Assembly: GCA_965656885.1 (NCBI GenBank)
Contig: CBFHME010000009.1
Location: forward strand, 52,931 to 116,930
Reading direction: 5' to 3'
Length of the DNA stretch: 64,000 nucleotides
DNA from: Yoonia sp.
Lineage (GTDB): Bacteria > Pseudomonadota > Alphaproteobacteria > Rhodobacterales > Rhodobacteraceae
How positions within the stretch are numbered: the stretch's first letter is position 1; every line of letters begins with the position of its first letter. Made by a program: the position numbers and the translations under genes. The notes under the pieces were generated by a model. It saw only the letters and a program-made list of their open reading frames with translations. It did not search any database and was not told the DNA's origin. Of the stretch, positions 20,641-29,154 are shown piece by piece.

Positions 20641-21837
20641 TTAGCGGTAGCCGATAGTGGAATATACGCCGTCAGCAAATTCGATTTCCTGATAGTTACC
20701 AGCAGATTCACCAGCACCGATCAGCTCAACCGCGGATGCACCAACATAGTCGATTTCGCCGCCAGCTGCGAGAATCTCAAGAGCTTTTGCCAATTCACCT
20801 GGGAAGATCTGTTCGCCCGGTGCGTTTGCAACATTCATCACGTGATCTTTGAAATCCGCAGATGCAGAAGACCCAGCAGCCTGCATCGCAAGCATGATCA
20901 ACGCAGCAGCGTCATAGGATTCTGGTGCGAATGCAGATGTGCCGTCGAAACCAGCAGCTTCGGCCAGGCCAACGAATGTTGCCGCACCTTCGCTGTCAGT
21001 GCCTGGATACGCGCCATAAGACCCGTTCAGTTCAGCACCAAAGTTTTCGTTCAGCTTTGCGCCGACCATGCCATCTGGCACATAGAATGTGTCGAATGCG
21101 CCTGTGTCGAGTGCGGAGCGGATCACACCGGAACCACCTTGGTCAACGTAACCTGCAACAACCAGAACTTCGCCGCCAGCGGATGCAAGTGCACCAACTT
21201 CTGCGGAATAGTCGGCCTTGCCATCTTCGTGGGCTGCGGAAATTGTGACTGTGCCGCCAGCTGCTTCAAAAGAAGCCTGGAATGCGTCAGCCAAACCTTT
21301 GCCGTAGTCGTTGTTTGTGTATGTCAAAGCAACTTCGTTTACACCACGATCCTGAAGGATGTTTGTGATGATCACACCCTGACGCGCGTCAGATGGTGCT
21401 GTGCGGAAGAACAAGCCGTTGTCTTCTGCTGTGGACAGGCCTGGGGATGTCGCGGATGGCGAAATCATCACTGTGCCGTTTGCCAATGCAACGTTTGCAA
21501 GGATCGCTCCAGTTACGCCGGAACAGTCAGCGCCCATGATGGCGTTCACTTTGTCAGCAGTTACCAGACGTTCCGCAGCTGTTGTTGCCGCACCCGCGTC
21601 GATGCATGTGCTGTCACCACGTACAGACGTGACAGTAGATCCGCCCATCAAAGCACCAGATTCGGTAACTTCTGCCATTGCCAGTTCGGCGCCTGCGCCC
21701 ATGGCTGGTGTGATGGATTCAAGTGGACCAGTGAAGCCCAAGATCACGCCGATTTTGATTTCTTCTGCATGGCCGTCTGCGAACGCAGCCCCAGCCATTG
21801 CTGTGATGGCGGTTGTCGCCAAAAGTAGGTTTTTCAT
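20641..21837 (-). CDS. ABC transporter periplasmic substrate-binding protein (LivJ/K-like, type I PBP)
   Basis: 398 aa. Signal peptide MKNLLLATTAITAMAGAAFA, then IKIGVILGFTGPLE..., which is typical of Leu/Ile/Val-type binding proteins. It is the first gene of the ABC operon. Confidence 0.9.
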   Translation of the reverse strand: MKNLLLATTAITAMAGAAFADGHAEEIKIGVILGFTGPLESITPAMGAGAELAMAEVTESGALMGGSTVTSVRGDSTCIDAGAATTAAERLVTADKVNAIMGADCSGVTGAILANVALANGTVMISPSATSPGLSTAEDNGLFFRTAPSDARQGVIITNILQDRGVNEVALTYTNNDYGKGLADAFQASFEAAGGTVTISAAHEDGKADYSAEVGALASAGGEVLVVAGYVDQGGSGVIRSALDTGAFDTFYVPDGMVGAKLNENFGAELNGSYGAYPGTDSEGAATFVGLAEAAGFDGTSAFAPESYDAAALIMLAMQAAGSSASADFKDHVMNVANAPGEQIFPGELAKALEILAAGGEIDYVGASAVELIGAGESAGNYQEIEFADGVYSTIGYR

Positions 21838-21840
21838 TTT

Positions 21841-21877
21841 TCTCTCCCTAGGTGGATAAATTATCCTGCGGGAGAGA
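21841..21877 (-). promoter_or_regulatory. 5' UTR hairpin sequestering the Shine-Dalgarno sequence of the binding-protein gene (nested palindrome)
   Basis: On the mRNA strand the sequence is UCUCUCCC-GCAGGAUAAUUUAUCCACCUA-GGGAGAGA-AAA-AUG. The 8-bp outer stem pairs the entire SD. The inner GGATAAATTATCC is a 6-1-6 palindrome. Confidence 0.5.
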
Positions 21878-21985
21878 TTAAACGCGGCGTTTCCAAAAGG
21901 AAAGTCGGAACCCTAGGGCAATTCGGCTTAAGAGCGGCCTTTTTTCAGTGGATCGGCCTGCATCATGGGCAAACGGCTTTTGCCG

Positions 21986-23047
21986 TTAGATCGACAGCCG
22001 CGTCGCATGTGTTCCGCGTTCACGATATGGCGTGGTGTCGTAGTGTGACCGGTAGCACTTGGAAAAATGCGACGGCGATGCAAACCCACACGCTAAGGCC
22101 ACATTGATGACCGTCATATCCGTTTGCATCAACAGGTTACGCGCCTTCTGCAAACGCAATTCCATGTAATAGCGTTTGGGGCTGCGCGACAAATAACGGC
22201 GGAACAGCCGTTCAAGTTGACGTGTCGACATGCCCACATCTTTGGCCAGAACAGCAGGGCTAATCGGTTCTTCGATATTGGTTTCCATGATCTGAATGAC
22301 CTTGGACAATTTCGGATGCCGCACCCCAATGCGCGTCGGGATCGAAAGCCGCTGTGTATCCTGATCGGTCCGAATGGACGAATAAATCAAAATATCGGCG
22401 ACAGCATTGGCCAATTCTTCGCCGTGGTCATCAGCCACAATTTTTAGCATCAAGTCGATTGATGCCGTCCCGCCCGCAGTGGTGATCCGGTTACCATCCA
22501 CAACAAACACAGATTTCGTCAGCTCAACCTCATCGAACTCTTCGATAAAGCTGTCTTGGTTTTCCCAATGAATCGTTGCCTTGCGCCCGTCAAGCAAACC
22601 CGCCTTGGCCATCGTGTAACCAGCAGTGCAAAGGCCCGCGATTGTCGCGCCACGACGAGCCTCGCGGCGAATCCAGTTCAAAATGGGTTTGGTCGTCGCG
22701 TGCTGCACATCAACGCCGCCGCACAACATGATCGTGTCATCGCGATCTAGCTCTGACAGGCTATCCTCTACATTGAACACGCAGCCATTTGAACAGGTCG
22801 CCGTTTCGCCGCCTTCACCAATGATCCGCCAGCTATAAAGCGTTTTACCCGCCGTGCGGTTTGCGATCCGCAAACTTTCGATCGCAGAGGCAAAACAAAG
22901 CATCGTAAAGTTGTTCATCAGCACAAACACAAACCGGCGCGGCTTGCCTGCGTGGTCAACTTCTACGGTTTGGGGCTCAATCGTCATCGGCGTATTCTTT
23001 GTAAAGGGACGTTTCGGGACCACATCAGCTTTCACCTGATCCGACAA
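21986..23047 (-). CDS. GlxA-family transcriptional regulator (DJ-1/PfpI-like domain plus AraC-type HTH)
   Basis: 353 aa. The N-terminal part resembles an amidotransferase or DJ-1 domain (IMLCGG..., LCTAGY...). The C-terminus has an AraC HTH (STRQLERLFRRYL..., ALACGFASPSHFSKCYRSHY). Confidence 0.85.
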   Translation of the reverse strand: MSDQVKADVVPKRPFTKNTPMTIEPQTVEVDHAGKPRRFVFVLMNNFTMLCFASAIESLRIANRTAGKTLYSWRIIGEGGETATCSNGCVFNVEDSLSELDRDDTIMLCGGVDVQHATTKPILNWIRREARRGATIAGLCTAGYTMAKAGLLDGRKATIHWENQDSFIEEFDEVELTKSVFVVDGNRITTAGGTASIDLMLKIVADDHGEELANAVADILIYSSIRTDQDTQRLSIPTRIGVRHPKLSKVIQIMETNIEEPISPAVLAKDVGMSTRQLERLFRRYLSRSPKRYYMELRLQKARNLLMQTDMTVINVALACGFASPSHFSKCYRSHYDTTPYRERGTHATRLSI

Positions 23048-23195
23048 GCCCTATTGCGCTTGTTTTGTTGTCCGTCAATGGTTGCAATTCATTTGCAATC
23101 TGTGCCTTGTAGCATTTGCCTTTTGATTTCCAAAGGGTATACCTACTTTGCTACCGCTAACAGTAGCTAAAAACTTGATATATTGGAGCAAGACG

Positions 23196-24566
23196 ATGAC
23201 GAATTGGCAAAAATCTGACTGGCGCAAAAAGCCCCGGATTCAGATGCCTGACTATCTCGATGAAAGCGCGTTGAACGCCGTCGAAGGCCGTCTTGCCAGT
23301 TATCCACCGTTGGTTTTCGCCGGTGAAGCCCGCAAATTGCGCAACGAATTGGCTGCAGTGAGTCGCGGAGATGCGTTTTTGCTGCAAGGCGGCGACTGCG
23401 CCGAAAGCTTTGCCGAATTCTCTGCTGACGGCATCCGCGACACATTTAAGGTGATGTTGCAGATGGCAATGGTCCTGACATACGGCGCAAAAGTGCCCGT
23501 GGTCAAAGTGGGCCGCATGGCGGGACAAATGGCCAAGCCGCGCTCCGCACCGACAGAAACCGCAAATGGCGTGGAATTGCCAAGCTACCGCGGCGACATC
23601 ATCAACGGTTTTGATTTCACGCCAGAGGCACGCATCCCAGATGCAACCCGTATGGAACAGGCATACCTACAAGCCGCTGCAACACTGAACTTGCTGCGTG
23701 CATTTTCAACAGGTGGCTATGCAGACGTGCGCAAGGTTCACGCTTGGACACTTGACTTCACATCTGGTCCAGAAGCCGAGAAATACCGCGAAATGGCCGA
23801 ACGCATTGGCGATACGCTTGATTTCATGGAAGCCGCGGGCATCCGCAACCAAGCATCACACGCGATGCAGACCGTGGATTTCTACACATCCCACGAGGCG
23901 TTGTTGCTGGAATACGAGGAGGCGTTAACACGCGTTGATTCCACGTCCGGCAAATGGCTGGCAGGTTCGGGTCACATGATCTGGATCGGGGATCGCACAC
24001 GTCAACCAGACGGGGCGCATGTTGAATTCTGCAAAGGTGTGCAAAACCCAATCGGTTTGAAATGTGGTCCGTCAATGACGACCGGGCATCTCAAATCGTT
24101 GATGGCAACGCTGAACCCGGAAAACGAACCGGGCCGTCTGACCTTGATCAACCGGTTTGGGGCAGGGTCCGTGGGTGAACATCTGCCACGCCTGATCAAA
24201 GCCGTCGAAGAAGAAGGCGCCAACGTGGTCTGGACCTGTGACGCGATGCACGGCAACACGATCAAATCGACAACGGGCTATAAAACCCGCCCCTTTGAAA
24301 GTGTGCTGCGTGAAGTGCGCGAATTCTTTGCCATTCACAACGCCGAAGGCACAGTGCCAGGCGGTGTGCATTTCGAAATGACAGGCAAAGACGTGACCGA
24401 ATGCACAGGCGGCGTGCGCGACATCACCGACGAGGATTTGTCAGATCGTTACCACACAGCCTGTGATCCACGCCTGAACGCATCCCAGTCGCTTGAACTG
24501 GCGTTCTTGGTATCAGAGGAGCTGTCATCGCGCCGCCAACATCTGGACCACGCAAAAGCCAGCTAA
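23196..24566 (+). CDS. class II 3-deoxy-7-phosphoheptulonate (DAHP) synthase
   Basis: It has the hallmark class II N-terminus ([12 protein letters not shown]..., [13 protein letters not shown]) and is about 456 aa. The start is taken at ATG 23196. Confidence 0.92.
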   Translation: MTNWQKSDWRKKPRIQMPDYLDESALNAVEGRLASYPPLVFAGEARKLRNELAAVSRGDAFLLQGGDCAESFAEFSADGIRDTFKVMLQMAMVLTYGAKVPVVKVGRMAGQMAKPRSAPTETANGVELPSYRGDIINGFDFTPEARIPDATRMEQAYLQAAATLNLLRAFSTGGYADVRKVHAWTLDFTSGPEAEKYREMAERIGDTLDFMEAAGIRNQASHAMQTVDFYTSHEALLLEYEEALTRVDSTSGKWLAGSGHMIWIGDRTRQPDGAHVEFCKGVQNPIGLKCGPSMTTGHLKSLMATLNPENEPGRLTLINRFGAGSVGEHLPRLIKAVEEEGANVVWTCDAMHGNTIKSTTGYKTRPFESVLREVREFFAIHNAEGTVPGGVHFEMTGKDVTECTGGVRDITDEDLSDRYHTACDPRLNASQSLELAFLVSEELSSRRQHLDHAKAS

Positions 24567-25193
24567 TCAGGTGTTATCGACAACTAATTTAAGGGCCGAA
24601 TGCTGAAAAGTGTTCGGCCTTTTGTTTGGCAGATGAACAGGTGTCGGCAAGCTGCGGACTTGTTCAACGCGTATGGGCTGTTTGTCATCAATGCGCAGAC
24701 GGCGATTGCGCGCACCCAACGGGCCGTCCGCGATCAAACCGCCCAGAATGCGCGTGACCTCGCCCGCTTCATCCGCAAGCGGCAGCAACAGCAGCTGCGC
24801 GTTGATTTCTTTGCGCAAAATCGTGGCTGGCGCGCGCAGGGGCAGGGCGACAATCGCGGGATCAGCAAAAGCGGCCTCAAGATGCACAGCAAGGCTGCTG
24901 CGATCCTCACCATCAAAAAAGGCGCTTAGCGGCATACCGCGTGGGTCCATGCGCAAAATCTCGTGCAGCTTTTGGCCAGCCACGCGAATGCGGCCCACAC
25001 CGGGCGCAACCTGATGCAATACAAATGACCACGGCAATGCATCATCCAATGCATCGGGTGCAATCTGGCGGCGGCGGGGAATACCACCGTCAAGCCGCTG
25101 CTCTTGCCAGTGACGTTCAATCTTTGCCAACGTAGGATGAATGCGGTCATCCGCGCGGCGTGTAAATGTCGTCAGATCAACATGCGATGTCAT
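24567..25193 (-). CDS. PAS-like domain protein of unknown function
   Basis: 208 aa. The N-terminal region (W..Q......PRRRQI.P..L...LP..F.L) resembles the small single-domain PAS (PAS_5-like) proteins common in alphaproteobacteria. This is recognition by eye only. Confidence 0.5.
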   Translation of the reverse strand: MTSHVDLTTFTRRADDRIHPTLAKIERHWQEQRLDGGIPRRRQIAPDALDDALPWSFVLHQVAPGVGRIRVAGQKLHEILRMDPRGMPLSAFFDGEDRSSLAVHLEAAFADPAIVALPLRAPATILRKEINAQLLLLPLADEAGEVTRILGGLIADGPLGARNRRLRIDDKQPIRVEQVRSLPTPVHLPNKRPNTFQHSALKLVVDNT

Positions 25194-25276
25194 GGCTTAG
25201 CCCCCTTCTTGGACGACCCGCCAAAACGGTGGATCATTATTCATATATATTTAACAAAGATTGCGACGTATTTCAC

Positions 25277-25291
25277 TTAACTAAGTGTTAA
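25277..25291. promoter_or_regulatory. CtrA-box-like site TTAA-N7-TTAA
   Basis: TTAACTAAGTGTTAA is a perfect full-site match. It is embedded in the palindrome CACTTA-AC-TAAGTG, in the AT-rich divergent spacer between the PAS gene and yicC. Confidence 0.4.
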
Positions 25292-25367
25292 TGGGTTAAC
25301 AGATCGATGACGAACCCGCGCCGGACGCGCCCAATTCAACAGACCGAACCCAGATAGGATCAGCCAT

Positions 25368-26261
25368 ATGATAAACTCCATGACCGCATACGCGACGTGT
25401 TCTGGAAATGCTGGCGGCATGTCATGGGTCTGGGAAATGCGCGGCGTGAATGCCCGCGGCCTTGATATAAGACTCCGTATTCCTGATAGTTTGGACGGTC
25501 TTGAAGCCACGGCAAGAACTGCAATCACCAAATCGATGGCGCGTGGCAATGTGTCCTTGAACCTGCGTCTGACCCGCGAAGAGGCGGGAACAAACCTGCA
25601 AATTGATCAAAGTCAGTTGGACACGGTTCTGCGCGCATTGGATCAGGTGCAAGAACGGGCATTTGAAATCGGCGTCACACTTGCCCAACCAAATGCCGCC
25701 GATGTGTTGGCCCAACGCGGTGTATTGGTGTCGCAATCACAGTCATCAGACGATCAGTCAAACCTCATGGCCCAGTTGAAGGCCGACATACCCACCTTGA
25801 TCGCGGCATTCTTGGACATGCGCGCGGCAGAGGGGGCTGCTCTTGGCAAAGTTGTCGCGGATCAGATTGATCAGATTGCAACCCTGACTGCCCAAGCCAA
25901 ATCAGCAGCAAACGATAGAAAATCGGCCCAAGCCCGATCACTGTCCGATGCCGTTGCACGTATCACGCAAGACGTAGCAGAGGTTTCACCAGACAGATTG
26001 GCCCAAGAATTGGCGATTTTGGCCGTAAAATCGGACATCACCGAGGAACTTGATCGCTTAACTGCCCATGTCGAGGCGGCGCGCGTCTTGCTACAAGGCG
26101 ACAAACCTGTTGGCCGAAAACTCGACTTTTTGTCACAAGAATTTAACCGCGAAGCAAATACCTTATGCTCTAAGGCGGGTTCACCGGCGTTGACGGCGAT
26201 TGGGCTTGAACTTAAAGCCGTGATTGATCAGATGCGAGAACAGATCCAAAACGTGGAGTAA
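25368..26261 (+). CDS. yicC: YicC/YloC family stress-induced endoribonuclease-like protein
   Basis: N-terminal MINSMTAYA and C-terminal [20 protein letters not shown] hallmark. It lies upstream of gmk, as in many bacteria. Confidence 0.85.
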   Translation: MINSMTAYATCSGNAGGMSWVWEMRGVNARGLDIRLRIPDSLDGLEATARTAITKSMARGNVSLNLRLTREEAGTNLQIDQSQLDTVLRALDQVQERAFEIGVTLAQPNAADVLAQRGVLVSQSQSSDDQSNLMAQLKADIPTLIAAFLDMRAAEGAALGKVVADQIDQIATLTAQAKSAANDRKSAQARSLSDAVARITQDVAEVSPDRLAQELAILAVKSDITEELDRLTAHVEAARVLLQGDKPVGRKLDFLSQEFNREANTLCSKAGSPALTAIGLELKAVIDQMREQIQNVE

Positions 26262-26265
26262 AGCC

Positions 26266-26904
26266 ATGGCGCGACGCGGCCTTTTAATCATTTTATCCTC
26301 ACCTTCTGGGGCGGGGAAATCCACACTGGCCGGACGGTTGCGCAAATGGGATGACAGCCTGCGGTTTTCGGTCTCTGCCACAACCCGCGACCCGCGCGAA
26401 GGCGAAGTTGACGGTCAGCACTATTTCTTTGTCAGCACCGACGACTTTCAATCCCAAGTGAACAGCGGTGAAATGCTGGAACACGCGCGTGTTTTTGAAA
26501 ACTATTACGGCTCTCCTAAGGGGCCGGTTCAGGCAGCCATCGACGAAGGACGCGATGTGTTGTTCGACATTGACTGGCAAGGCGCACAGCAAATCAGCAA
26601 TTCGGCGTTGCGCGATCATGTTTTGTCGATCTTTATTCTTCCACCAAGCATCCCCGAATTGCACCGCCGTTTGGTCAACCGCGCACAAGACGACCCCGAA
26701 ACAATCGAACGTCGTATGCAAAAAAGCTGGGACGAAATCAGCCATTGGGATGGCTACGATTATGTCATGGTCAACGACGATCTGGACCTGACAGAGGAAC
26801 GCTTGAAAACAATCATTTCGGCAGAACGTCTGCGCGCAAGCCAGCAACCTGATCTGATGAACCATGTGCGCGACCTGCAATCGCAATTCGAGGATCGCAA
26901 ATGA
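26266..26904 (+). CDS. gmk: guanylate kinase
   Basis: The start is taken at ATG 26266 ([21 protein letters not shown]). It has a P-loop and the TTR...E..G..Y.F motifs. Confidence 0.93.
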   Translation: MARRGLLIILSSPSGAGKSTLAGRLRKWDDSLRFSVSATTRDPREGEVDGQHYFFVSTDDFQSQVNSGEMLEHARVFENYYGSPKGPVQAAIDEGRDVLFDIDWQGAQQISNSALRDHVLSIFILPPSIPELHRRLVNRAQDDPETIERRMQKSWDEISHWDGYDYVMVNDDLDLTEERLKTIISAERLRASQQPDLMNHVRDLQSQFEDRK

Positions 26905-27422
26905 TGTATGCCCTTGGTGACAAATCACCCGTGATTGACCCGTCTGCTTGGGTGGCACCGGGTTGCCACATCATCGGCCTTGTCGCACTCGCGTCAGAGG
27001 TATCGGTCTGGTTCGGGTCCACCCTGCGCGGCGATAACGAGTTGATCAGTGTTGGCGCGGGCAGCAACGTGCAAGAAAACTGCGTTTTGCATACCGATAT
27101 GGGCTTCCCGCTCACGATCGGAGAGGGCTGCACCATCGGCCACAAGGCCATGCTTCATGGCTGTACAATTGGCGAAAACACGCTCGTCGGTATGGGTGCG
27201 ACTATTTTGAACGGGGCAGTGATCGGCAAAAACTGCCTGATCGGGGCAGGGGCATTGATAACAGAGGGCAAAACGATCCCCGATGGATCACTTGTGATGG
27301 GGACACCGGGCAAAGTTGTGCGCGCATTGGATGCCGCCGCCATTTCCGGGCTGCAAGCCTCCGCTCTGCATTATGCCGAGAATGCTGCACGGTTCCGCCG
27401 CGATCTAAAGCCAATCGATTAA
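26901..27422 (+). CDS. gamma-carbonic-anhydrase-like / hexapeptide-repeat protein (YrdA/PaaY family)
   Basis: 173 aa. It has left-handed beta-helix hexapeptide repeats and the family motif [27 protein letters not shown]. Confidence 0.85.
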   Translation: MMYALGDKSPVIDPSAWVAPGCHIIGLVALASEVSVWFGSTLRGDNELISVGAGSNVQENCVLHTDMGFPLTIGEGCTIGHKAMLHGCTIGENTLVGMGATILNGAVIGKNCLIGAGALITEGKTIPDGSLVMGTPGKVVRALDAAAISGLQASALHYAENAARFRRDLKPID

Positions 27423-27448
27423 GGGCAAAAGATCGCGGCCGTTACGCT

Positions 27449-27847
27449 TTAATGCTGCGGTGCCATCATCGGCAAAACGACCAGATCAAAATCAAGGTGG
27501 GGCGCATAGTTACGTACTTCTTTGCGCACCAGTTCCGGATCGGGAATTATATCCGTCACGGCCCGATACGGCCCATCATAATTCAATGAGGCAAGCACCC
27601 CCGCGACATCCACCGCGTCAAAGTCTTCGCTAATAAGCGGCGACAAAATAATATCGGGTTTCTGCTTGGCCAACACGTTTTGGTCCAACGCTGACAAATC
27701 AATGAAACGCAAACCCTCAAGATTAGGCAGATTGCGACCCTGCGCCTTCCAACGCGCCATGTCACCAACGACAAGTGTGCTTTTCGCGTGGTTCGGGATC
27801 AATTCTTGCAAAGAAGAGAAGCCACCATCCATTGAGTATTGGGTCAT
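27449..27847 (-). CDS. hypothetical protein, degenerate receiver-like (start uncertain; the ORF extends to 27961)
   Basis: The ORF track gives 27449..27961. The internal ATG at 27847 (MTQYSMDGG...) leaves a 140-bp divergent spacer to phoR. The sequence shows CheY-like spacing (TLVVGD ... DIILSPL ... YRAVTD) without the acceptor Asp. Confidence 0.45.
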   Translation of the reverse strand: MTQYSMDGGFSSLQELIPNHAKSTLVVGDMARWKAQGRNLPNLEGLRFIDLSALDQNVLAKQKPDIILSPLISEDFDAVDVAGVLASLNYDGPYRAVTDIIPDPELVRKEVRNYAPHLDFDLVVLPMMAPQH

Positions 27848-27987
27848 AATTTTTGCTTTCACATTCTGCGGAGCGATGAAATATGTATTGCCTAGTAAAC
27901 GGCAGGGTTGATCGTTTTGTTCCGCTGGAGCGGAAATAAATTTCTGCACATGCAAACACATCAGCGATCAGGAACGACGTAGGAAAA

Positions 27988-29031
27988 GTGGATATGGCGG
28001 CATCAAATCAACGCGATCACGCGGCTATTGTCAGCGCAATTCCAATGCCCGCAATGTTGATCGGCCCTGACCAACGTATTGATTTCGCGAACCAACTTAT
28101 GATTGATGTGTTTGGTCAGGACTTGAACGGCCTTCATTTCATTAAGGCCATACGCCGTCCTTCCCAGATCACCGCGATTGAGGGCGTATTTGCGTCGAAA
28201 AAAAATGCAACAATCGCGTTTGAATCGGGGCGTGCAGGTGTCGAAACCCATTTTCAGATGCACATCGCACCCGCGAACGACGCTGTATTGATCACCTTGG
28301 TTGATCAATCTTTGACAACGATGGCCGGACAGCTCCGCACTGATTTTATTGCGAACGCCAGCCATGAATTGCGCACACCTTTGACTGCGCTGACAGGTTT
28401 CATCGAAACCTTACGCGGTGCGGCACGGGATGATCCCACAGCAAGGGATCGTTTTTTGGGGATCATGGATCAAGAGGCCGGACGCATGACGCGGCTCGTG
28501 GACGAACTGATGACACTCAGTCAACTCGAAGAAAACGAACGGCACAAACCCACAACGCAAATTGATTTGTCCCAGCTGGTGCAATCATCAGTCGCAACCC
28601 TTGGCCCCATCGCGGCAGCAAAAGGTGTAACCTTGCTGCCCGACTTACCAAAACAAGCCACCAAGATCACAGCGGATGCGGCACAAATGCAGCAAGTCAT
28701 TGTGAACCTTGTGGAAAATGCCATCAAATATGGAGCCGATCATGACACGGTTCATATCGTGGTCTCTGATCCCTGCTATATCGGCGCTGTGCAGGGCAAT
28801 GGCGTGCGTCTGACCGTCACTGACCATGGTGCAGGGATCGCTCCGCATCATATCGCACGCCTGACAGAGCGGTTTTTCCGCGTCGACAACCACAGATCGC
28901 GCGAAGTCGGCGGAACAGGGCTTGGGCTTGCGATTGTTAAACACATCATCAACCGACACCGCGGCCGCATAAAAATTGACAGCACCTTGGGCCAAGGCAC
29001 CACTGTCACCGTCACTTTGCCGGTTAATTAA
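27988..29031 (+). CDS. phoR: phosphate regulon sensor histidine kinase PhoR (soluble PAS-HK form)
   Basis: H-box ANASHELRTPLTAL, N-box NLVENAIKY, G-boxes DHGAGIA and GTGLGLAIV. It lies directly upstream of pstSCAB-phoU-phoB. The start is GTG 27988 or ATG 27994. Confidence 0.85.
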   Translation: MDMAASNQRDHAAIVSAIPMPAMLIGPDQRIDFANQLMIDVFGQDLNGLHFIKAIRRPSQITAIEGVFASKKNATIAFESGRAGVETHFQMHIAPANDAVLITLVDQSLTTMAGQLRTDFIANASHELRTPLTALTGFIETLRGAARDDPTARDRFLGIMDQEAGRMTRLVDELMTLSQLEENERHKPTTQIDLSQLVQSSVATLGPIAAAKGVTLLPDLPKQATKITADAAQMQQVIVNLVENAIKYGADHDTVHIVVSDPCYIGAVQGNGVRLTVTDHGAGIAPHHIARLTERFFRVDNHRSREVGGTGLGLAIVKHIINRHRGRIKIDSTLGQGTTVTVTLPVN

Positions 29032-29035
29032 CTGA

Positions 29036-29068
29036 CTGTCATAAAACTTTTACAAAACCGTCACAAAA
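29036..29068 (+). promoter_or_regulatory. Pho box: three phased 11-bp repeats
   Basis: CTGTCAT-AAAA / CTTTTAC-AAAA / CCGTCAC-AAAA lies 87-119 nt upstream of the pstS ATG. It matches the CTGTCAT-N4 PhoB-binding repeat architecture. Confidence 0.8.
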
Positions 29069-29154
29069 CCTTTGCGCAGGGCAGGCAATGTCCACGTCAA
29101 AGGATCACGCGCTGCTGTGTGATTTGTCCAAGCGACATATTTTGGGAGACGCCA

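Noticed and set aside
20596-21828. 410-aa Cys-rich ORF on the plus strand
   Set aside because: It is exactly antisense to the well-supported binding-protein gene (20641..21837). The extreme Cys/Ala/Arg/Gly content is what Ala-rich GCN codons give when read in reverse. It has no SD and no recognisable domain.
21851-21859. DnaA-box-like TTATCCACC (minus strand) inside the leader palindrome
   Set aside because: It is a single 8-of-9 match with no cluster of boxes, no AT-rich unwinding element and no replication genes nearby. It is not an origin.
27920-27935. Perfect 16-bp palindrome TTCCGCTGGAGCGGAA between the receiver-like ORF and phoR
   Set aside because: I did not list it as a stand-alone feature. 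Seven-bp-arm palindromes are expected several times per 64 kb by chance, and I know of no regulator with this motif. It is mentioned only as context in the receiver-like finding.
28198-28205. A8 homopolymer inside phoR (and another at 41505-41512 in the small ORF) as possible slipped-strand phase-variation sites
   Set aside because: Both simply encode Lys-Lys in frame. Eight nucleotides is short for efficient slippage, and there is no evidence of frameshifted alternative products.
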